From: a virus
Lineage: Duplodnaviria > Caudoviricetes
Length of the DNA stretch: 64,000 bases
IMG/VR virus record: IMGVR_UViG_3300023213_000432
Location: 224,001-288,000 of that record
Reading direction: 5' to 3' (one strand)
Positions 57,332 through 64,000 of the stretch are shown here, piece after piece (position 1 is the first letter of the stretch; every line of letters starts with the position of its first letter). A model generated the notes under the pieces. The model was not told where the DNA came from. It ran no database searches and saw only the letters and a program-made list of their open reading frames with translations. The position numbers and the translations under genes are program-made.

Positions 57332-58093
57332 ATGAAGCTTCGTCAAATTCTTCGCACAATGCAGAGAGTCCAAGAGAAAATTGGAGCTTCCCCTGCCTAT
57401 ATTGTTGGTGGAACTAGTCGCGATAAATACTTGGGCAGATTGGAAAATGTTGCTGACATTGACATTACCAATGGAAACAAATCAATCGAATATTTATCGG
57501 CAGAATTTGCCAACGAGTTGAAGAAGGAATATCAATTAACTCGGAAGGTAATGGAAGATGGACATAGCACCATTTTTCTTGGCAATCTTAAAATTGATTT
57601 TTCTTCTAACTTCAACGTGCCTAACATTACCGTCATTCTTCAACAAATGGGAATTCCGCATCCTACTGACATGCAGAAGGAAATTTTTAGTCGTGATTTC
57701 ACTTGTAATGCTCTTTTGATTTCATTAGATTTGAAAACTTTGATTGACCCTACAGAGCGAGGATTTAGGGACATCGGCGCTAGAAAAATTCGCACTTGCC
57801 TTTCTCCGGAAATCACATTAACATCCAATCGCAATCGTGTTGTTAGAGCCATTTACTTGGCTACTAAATTAGATTTTGATGTGGATACTAGCATCATTGA
57901 ATTTGTTCGAGATAACCCTTCCGTTATCAATGTTTCTACCAAAAAAGTAATGAAAGAAAAATTAGATGAAGCATTTACACGTGATCCTAACAAAGCTAGT
58001 TATTTAGTAAGTGAAATGGGTTTATGGAATCACATTCCGATTTCGAATGCTATTTACCCATATTACATGCGGGCGAGCGCCAATGCAACCTAA
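57332..58093 (+). CDS. Class II tRNA nucleotidyltransferase/poly(A) polymerase-like protein
   Basis: YIVGGTSRD...DIDI, SRDFTCNAL, RVVRAI. Confidence 0.85.
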   Translation: MKLRQILRTMQRVQEKIGASPAYIVGGTSRDKYLGRLENVADIDITNGNKSIEYLSAEFANELKKEYQLTRKVMEDGHSTIFLGNLKIDFSSNFNVPNITVILQQMGIPHPTDMQKEIFSRDFTCNALLISLDLKTLIDPTERGFRDIGARKIRTCLSPEITLTSNRNRVVRAIYLATKLDFDVDTSIIEFVRDNPSVINVSTKKVMKEKLDEAFTRDPNKASYLVSEMGLWNHIPISNAIYPYYMRASANAT

Positions 58094-58832
58094 ATTAGTT
58101 TATTTTCAAGGAACCGAAGAGCCAACTCCCGGCAATAAACAATACAAATCGGATAAAGCGATTACGGTTCAACCTCGTTTCAAAGAGCCATTTTATCGGA
58201 ATTATGATATTTATCAAACCGAGGGAGTGAACGGAGAACCAAAACACAGTCCCGGATCTGGATATCATGCTCTTTTTAATTACAAGAGCGTGGCTGATTT
58301 TCTTAAAGACCGTCGCCGAAAACTTCAAGATAAATATAAAGCTGACGACAGTTGGATTGAGGATACTAGAGAAAATAGAGAGGAACGTATTCGAAGAATG
58401 CGAACGCGAGCCAAATTATTTTCTAAATTCATTAAAATAGCTATTGATTTTATAGCGGATGAACAAGGAGGCACCAACCAACTTATGTGGGACATGGAGG
58501 CAGAATCTGGAACTGGAATATTGGGAAACTCGGTGTATTGGGGAGGATTTACCGATCCTTATCTTCCTCCCATGGATTTTGAGGGAAAACGAGTGGATAA
58601 CCTCAATTTTGGGCGTGATTATGAAGGAAAATTAAGAATTTTTGATGAAGATAAATTGCATGCTTTGATGGAAAAATATCTCAATGCCAAAGAGCCGCCT
58701 CCGTTAGGGTTGCCAGATGGAATGAGTCCTCCAGATGATTTAGACCCCGTATCCACTATTCAAACAGAGCAACCTTTCTTTGGAACAACGGATATGGGTA
58801 TAACAGTTTATGAAGACAAGTGGAATATCTGA
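58083..58832 (+). CDS. Hypothetical protein
   Basis: 249-aa ORF from ATG58083. Confidence 0.7.
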   Translation: MQPKLVYFQGTEEPTPGNKQYKSDKAITVQPRFKEPFYRNYDIYQTEGVNGEPKHSPGSGYHALFNYKSVADFLKDRRRKLQDKYKADDSWIEDTRENREERIRRMRTRAKLFSKFIKIAIDFIADEQGGTNQLMWDMEAESGTGILGNSVYWGGFTDPYLPPMDFEGKRVDNLNFGRDYEGKLRIFDEDKLHALMEKYLNAKEPPPLGLPDGMSPPDDLDPVSTIQTEQPFFGTTDMGITVYEDKWNI

Positions 58833-58877
58833 ACCCACGGATATTTCAGCATATGATAGCATTTAATCGAGGCAATC

Positions 58878-59774
58878 ATGGAAATCACCGCACAAGAATT
58901 CATCATTTTAGAGCCCGTTCCTATTATGGACACAATGCCATTGGAAATTGTGGATGCTCCGTCTTCTTCTGTAGAAACGGCGCCCATGGAAGTTTCCGAA
59001 CCTGCTGTGATTGAATTAGTGGTAGAGGAACTTCCCGGAGCACCAGTTGGCACCAAAGATCCCGAACCAGAGTTGGAAGTGGTAGAAGAGACATCCACCA
59101 AAGAGGATGAAAACGAAGCTAAAGGTGATAAAAAACCCAAGACCACTGCCGAATTTAAAGCATGGGCCAAACAAAAATTGGATGGTGTTCCCAAGCACAG
59201 CGGTTATGACAGTGCTGGATTGGAACGAGCCGTTGCTTACTTGGAAAAGTTATCCAAAGACATTTCTCGTTTGATGCGGGATGACTTGGATGGACAACTA
59301 GACGCCAATATGGTGGAAGATGTTTGTGCTAAGGTGGATGATGGTATTGCACGTTTGCAAGATCGTTTGAGCAAGGTAGAAAAAACCAAGAAAAGCCGAA
59401 GAAAGAAAAAATCGGAAGAAGAGATGAATGAGATATTGATCTCTGTGGGAGAAGAACCTGTTTCCGAAGGTATGATCAAAGAGGCTCAAAAAATTTGGGG
59501 CGTGACAGGAGTTACAGTAGTGGCGCCGATTTTTATTTCTCGATTAGCTAGGACATTGATTAATGGAATGGTTTCTGGTGGGCACTCCATCGAAGATGGA
59601 TTCGCACGACTTTCCAAAAAATGGAAATTAACTGATCGTGAACAAATGGAATTAGTTGAATTATTGGAGTCGATGGGTTACGCTACTCGAAGAGATCGAG
59701 GATTATCATTGGATGAAGATTTTGATGCATCAAGTTCAGATAATTTTGATTATGGTGCTAACTATCGTAGCTGA
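58878..59774 (+). CDS. Hypothetical protein (acidic N-terminus)
   Basis: 298-aa ORF; GAGG upstream. Confidence 0.7.
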   Translation: MEITAQEFIILEPVPIMDTMPLEIVDAPSSSVETAPMEVSEPAVIELVVEELPGAPVGTKDPEPELEVVEETSTKEDENEAKGDKKPKTTAEFKAWAKQKLDGVPKHSGYDSAGLERAVAYLEKLSKDISRLMRDDLDGQLDANMVEDVCAKVDDGIARLQDRLSKVEKTKKSRRKKKSEEEMNEILISVGEEPVSEGMIKEAQKIWGVTGVTVVAPIFISRLARTLINGMVSGGHSIEDGFARLSKKWKLTDREQMELVELLESMGYATRRDRGLSLDEDFDASSSDNFDYGANYRS

Positions 59775-59814
59775 TATCAAAGCTTTTCTCACAATAAATC
59801 CGTATAATATTATC

Positions 59815-60450
59815 ATGTCTAAATATCTTCGCACTCAACCTATTGTTACTCGCCAAGCAAACGATAATCAAGAAGATTATTGGCTCAAAGAATTCGAAAA
59901 GAAACTTGCTGTTCAACCCGTTAATCAATCAGTGTTTGAACAGATCAATAACATTATGAATGGCAAATCGAGGTATCCTACTGTGGAAGCAGCAATAGCT
60001 GATATGCAGGAGAGAAGTGGATTTACCAGATTCGTTCAAGAACTTGACAAAACTTCTGATGTAGAAATGAACGAGACTACTAAGATGGCGGCTGATGTTC
60101 AACAGGATGATGATAAAGAAACAGATTCTATGCCCGTTGTTATCAAAAAATGTCCTAGTATTAAATCAACGTTGGAAAACTATGTGCGAGATACCCGAGG
60201 TAATTTACCCGTTCCCGCCATTATTGATAAAATCAAATCAATTCATCGTTCCGATGTTTCCGATGCTCAGGATTGGGATGAGCCAAGACTCTTGAAAGAA
60301 GTGAGCCGGCTCAATTTAGAAGCTAAGAAAAATAATCCCGGTGCTTATCAAAATTATAGTAATTTAGGACGTCGAGATATGATTGGAGAAAGTGAAATCG
60401 ATCCATCCAATCGAGACGCTTTTCATTCATTGAATCCGGTCAAATTGTAA
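59815..60450 (+). CDS. Hypothetical protein
   Basis: 211-aa ORF upstream of terL; TATAAT upstream. Confidence 0.7.
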   Translation: MSKYLRTQPIVTRQANDNQEDYWLKEFEKKLAVQPVNQSVFEQINNIMNGKSRYPTVEAAIADMQERSGFTRFVQELDKTSDVEMNETTKMAADVQQDDDKETDSMPVVIKKCPSIKSTLENYVRDTRGNLPVPAIIDKIKSIHRSDVSDAQDWDEPRLLKEVSRLNLEAKKNNPGAYQNYSNLGRRDMIGESEIDPSNRDAFHSLNPVKL

Positions 60451-60474
60451 TGTAATAGATATACATTAAATATT

Positions 60475-62355
60475 ATGACAAAGAACGACAACAAAGAGAT
60501 ATTCGATAAGTTGAAGAAATATCTCTTGATGATGGATCCTGTCGCATACTGTCAAACATATCTAACGCTCGATGGAAAGCCCTTTACATTAAGTAATGGT
60601 GGCTATCGACCTTTTGCCGATATTTATCGATACATTGGCATTAAAGCGCTTGAACCTAACGCCAAACCTCTCATCATAGTATCAGGTCGTCAGGTAGGTA
60701 AAACTACTACACTATCGGCTTTAGAAATGTATTTTATGGGTTCCGGGATGTTTGGCGTGGGAGAAAAGCCTGCTATCCGAGTGATTCATGCTTTTCCACA
60801 GTTAGAAATGGCAGCCGCTTATTCTAAGACAAAACTCAGTCAAATGATCTCTGCTTCTGTAGTGTCAGATGTCGATGGAACTAAACTAGACAAGCGCGGG
60901 ACTAGATCCAAATCTCATATGCAGTCGTTGTTAGATCAATCTACTCCCACCAACGATTCGCTCACTTTCAAACAATTTATTGGCGGCAATCATCTTTGGA
61001 TCGAGAGCACCGGATTAGATGCAGACCGACTTCGTGGAAGAACAGCGGATGTTATTTTCTTTGATGAGTGTCAGAAGATTGGAGGACAAGCTATCGGTAA
61101 TGCACTCAAAATTTTAACAGCCGCTAAATATGGACGTCCTTCTAAAGGTGTTCAAGTTTATGTTGGAACCCCTCTTCGTAAAGGATCTGACTTTCATAAA
61201 ATGTGGCAAAGCTCTTCACAACAATATTATTACCTTGGGTGTGAAAGTTGTGAAAAACATTTTCCACTTTATACGCCCGGTAAAGATGATTGGCAGAATA
61301 TTTGGCTTTATGGCTATATTGTTAAATGTGTTCATTGCGGGCATGAACAAAACAAATTAGAAGCAGCAGAGCGTGGCAAGTGGGTTGCTTTGAAACATCC
61401 CGATGATGAAGATTGCCAGATGATTGGTTTTCATATTAATCAGCTTTATATGCCGATGTTCTCTAAAGAAGACATCCTCAATGAAATGCCGGGAAAACAT
61501 CCTATTAATACAGAGCGCATTTTTCAGAACGAAGTTCTCGGAGAATTTTTCCAAGGAGATTCTTCTCCTATTACCACGGACGAGATTCGGGACAATTGTG
61601 GAGATGCTGGAAGGAAACAACGAGCACGAATTGCTCCCGATGAAGAACAAATGGTTGTCATGGGCATTGATTATGGTGCCAAGGCAGATTTGGAACAATT
61701 AGCTAACCCTGAAAAAACCAAATTGATGGGACAGTCTTATAGCACCGCTGTAGTATTAGCCATTAAAGGCCCTGATTTGTTGTCGGTGGAACGGGCTGTC
61801 AAGTTTAAGCGGAATGATATTGAAAGTAAAAAAGGTATCATCGACAAATTGATTAGGGATTATAGTGTTCAGTTAGCTATCGGTGATATTGGCTTTTCGC
61901 ATGACTTTTCTACTTTGATGCATACTGCTCATGGAGATCGTTATTTGGTTTCGAGGGCTCACAACAAAGTTAATGGACATGTTAAATATTCCGCGGATGC
62001 TTTTCCAAAAGAGATCGTTTTTGAACGAGATCACTACATCTCTGAAGTTTATGAATTAATGAAAAAAGGACAGATTAGATTTCCGTTTGGTGATTATGAA
62101 CAGATTGCTTGGTTAGTAGAACATTGTTCTAATATGGAAATTAAGCCAAGTATATCAAGGGTAGGAGAGCCAACAGTGCATTATGTTAAATCAGGACCAA
62201 ATGATGGATTTTCTGCCATGCTTAATGCATATCTTGCCTACAAATTTTTATTAACCAAGGGCTTTACTATCCATAATCCTTATCTTCAGAATACAAATAT
62301 TAAAGACCTTCATAAACCATTAATTTTGGGACATTATTTTAGTCGTCGCTTCTAA
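60475..62355 (+). CDS. Terminase large subunit
   Basis: SGRQVGKTT, LRGRTADVIFFDECQ, GTP, Zn finger CESC..CVHC, MGIDYG, PNDG. Confidence 0.92.
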   Translation: MTKNDNKEIFDKLKKYLLMMDPVAYCQTYLTLDGKPFTLSNGGYRPFADIYRYIGIKALEPNAKPLIIVSGRQVGKTTTLSALEMYFMGSGMFGVGEKPAIRVIHAFPQLEMAAAYSKTKLSQMISASVVSDVDGTKLDKRGTRSKSHMQSLLDQSTPTNDSLTFKQFIGGNHLWIESTGLDADRLRGRTADVIFFDECQKIGGQAIGNALKILTAAKYGRPSKGVQVYVGTPLRKGSDFHKMWQSSSQQYYYLGCESCEKHFPLYTPGKDDWQNIWLYGYIVKCVHCGHEQNKLEAAERGKWVALKHPDDEDCQMIGFHINQLYMPMFSKEDILNEMPGKHPINTERIFQNEVLGEFFQGDSSPITTDEIRDNCGDAGRKQRARIAPDEEQMVVMGIDYGAKADLEQLANPEKTKLMGQSYSTAVVLAIKGPDLLSVERAVKFKRNDIESKKGIIDKLIRDYSVQLAIGDIGFSHDFSTLMHTAHGDRYLVSRAHNKVNGHVKYSADAFPKEIVFERDHYISEVYELMKKGQIRFPFGDYEQIAWLVEHCSNMEIKPSISRVGEPTVHYVKSGPNDGFSAMLNAYLAYKFLLTKGFTIHNPYLQNTNIKDLHKPLILGHYFSRRF

Positions 62356-62409
62356 ACTCCTGATTTCTTGGATATATCACTGATTGGGCATATTTGATGC
62401 TAGGAAGCC

Positions 62410-64000
62410 ATGCCGATTGATAAAACTAATAAATTGTGGTTGGGTCCCTCTAATTCTTCTCAATATCTACAATCCAAATCTGCGATTCCTCCGGTAAGCG
62501 CGTCGATGTCCAAATCTGTTTCTGCTTTTCGAAAACAAGAAATTGCCGATGAAGTAGAACAAGGATTGTTTAGAGACGGAAGTTCTCCTTATAGAGAGCC
62601 AAATGAATACGGCTCCACTTATAATGGACGAGTTCTTGCTGGTATTTCCAAAATAGCTCAGGTTGTTGGAAATTCGGGAACAGGCGGCGGGTTCCGCGGT
62701 GGCTTTGGTGATACTATTATGCAAGCTCCGGAAGTGTATTCACCTCTATGGCTAAACAGCAATTTAAGTCTTCCTCGAGATCGCGCTACTATTAACGCTT
62801 GGTGCCGCAGTTTCTACGCTCTTAATCCGTTTGTTCATAACGCTATCAATTTGCATAGCACTTATCCCATTGCTAAACTCAGCATTAAGTGTCCCAATAA
62901 AAACATCGAAAAATTCTTTAATGACATGATTGAAGAAATTGATTTGATGAGCATTTGTGTTCAAATCGCTCAAGAATATTGGTTATTGGGTGAAGCCTTC
63001 GTATATTCCGAGTTAGATGAAGGCCAGGGCAAATGGAGTCGATTATTGATTCAAAACCCAGATTATATGATTGTCAAGCGCACTGTAGTTGCAGATGAGC
63101 CAATAATCATGTTGCGTCCGGATGAGAATTTGAAGAAAATTATTACCTCTAATCGTCCTACGGATATTGAACAGCGCAAACAACTTAATCAACATATCAT
63201 TGATTCAGTAAAACGCGGTCAAAATATTCCGTTAGATAATTTTCACGTGTCTCATTTAGCTCGAAGAATTAGTCCGTATGAAATTCGAGGAACAGGATTG
63301 CCCACATGTATTTTTCGTCAATTAATGCTTTTTGATCAATTAAGAGAATGCTATGACGAGAAAACTGAAGTCTTGACAGATCATGGATTCAAAACTATTG
63401 ATCAATTAGTTCATAAGACATCTAAGTTGAAACTCAATTCTAACCATGTTAATGGTGCCGAAGTAAATGAAAACGGAAAAGTATCTTCTATTTTGACAAT
63501 GAAAGAAGATTTCAAAGTAGCTTGCGTCAATCCTGAAACTAACAATATTGAATATCATCAACCCATCGAATTGCACATGTCTCATTATACTGGGAAAATG
63601 CTGCATTTTAAATCACGAAACTTTGATACATTAGTTTCTCCTAATCATAAAATGTGGCTCCAAAAAAAGAATCGTTTGAATGGTATTTCTTGTTGGAATG
63701 CATGGGAGAAAATGCCAGCCAAAGATATTAATCCAAAAACCACATATAGGTTTATGGGAACCACTAAGTGGCAAGGAAAACGCCTTAAAAAAGTTGATGT
63801 TCTAGGAAAAAAAATTCCTATCGAACTATATTTGAGATTTTTGGGGTATGTAATTTCAGAGGGGTATCTTGGACAGAATTACATAGATCTTTCCCAAAAG
63901 ATAACATCAGATTGTTTGCTCGATTTGCAAAATACGATGCATCAGTTTGCCAAATATTTTGATAAATCTGTGTCTGACAGAATTCAAACAACTGACAATT
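62410..64000 (+). CDS. Portal protein (3'-truncated by the window) containing an intein
   Basis: Open frame from ATG62410 to the window end, directly after terL; NPFVHNAINLH, EYWLLGEAF, QNPDY, HLARRISPYEIRGTG. Confidence 0.78.
   Translation, partial: MPIDKTNKLWLGPSNSSQYLQSKSAIPPVSASMSKSVSAFRKQEIADEVEQGLFRDGSSPYREPNEYGSTYNGRVLAGISKIAQVVGNSGTGGGFRGGFGDTIMQAPEVYSPLWLNSNLSLPRDRATINAWCRSFYALNPFVHNAINLHSTYPIAKLSIKCPNKNIEKFFNDMIEEIDLMSICVQIAQEYWLLGEAFVYSELDEGQGKWSRLLIQNPDYMIVKRTVVADEPIIMLRPDENLKKIITSNRPTDIEQRKQLNQHIIDSVKRGQNIPLDNFHVSHLARRISPYEIRGTGLPTCIFRQLMLFDQLRECYDEKTEVLTDHGFKTIDQLVHKTSKLKLNSNHVNGAEVNENGKVSSILTMKEDFKVACVNPETNNIEYHQPIELHMSHYTGKMLHFKSRNFDTLVSPNHKMWLQKKNRLNGISCWNAWEKMPAKDINPKTTYRFMGTTKWQGKRLKKVDVLGKKIPIELYLRFLGYVISEGYLGQNYIDLSQKITSDCLLDLQNTMHQFAKYFDKSVSDRIQTTDN
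63349..64000 (+). mobile_element. Intein in the portal gene (partial)
   Basis: LRE|CYDEKTEVLTDHGFK (block A), VSPNHKM (block B), FLGYVISEG (LAGLIDADG block C). Confidence 0.88.

Noticed and set aside
1-64000. Genome-wide TAG reassignment (code 15)
   Set aside because: Long genes (dnaE, sbcC, terL, tail genes) are intact under code 11, and clpP and ftsK end at TAG where their families normally end; only the Pth2-like gene has an internal TAG.

Overview
64-kb segment of a large (jumbo/huge) dsDNA tailed-phage genome, mostly + strand and standard genetic code. It carries: (1) translation and proteostasis genes: Pth2-like peptidyl-tRNA hydrolase, two tRNAs with CUA anticodons, IF-3, bS21, peptide deformylase fused to SEC-C, trigger factor, DksA, ClpP plus an inactive ClpR-like paralogue, DnaJ and a CCA-type nucleotidyltransferase; (2) a replication/recombination block: DnaE with intein, RecA, SSB, SbcCD, RuvC-like resolvase, split primase and dNMP kinase; (3) an inverted minus-strand cassette of virion/tail-like genes at 46.4-54.7 kb; (4) a packaging block with TerL and an intein-containing portal gene that runs off the window end. 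Mobile DNA includes a tnpB-only IS200/IS605 element, orphan IS ends, three free-standing homing endonucleases and two inteins. The most notable observation is at 35-553: an apparently leaderless gene reads ATG-AAC-TCG-TAG and then continues in frame into the conserved N-terminus of a Pth2-like hydrolase, and it is immediately followed by two different amber-suppressor tRNAs, although the rest of the window does not recode TAG. This looks like an amber-readthrough-gated module. All family assignments come from motif recognition by eye; no database search was run.
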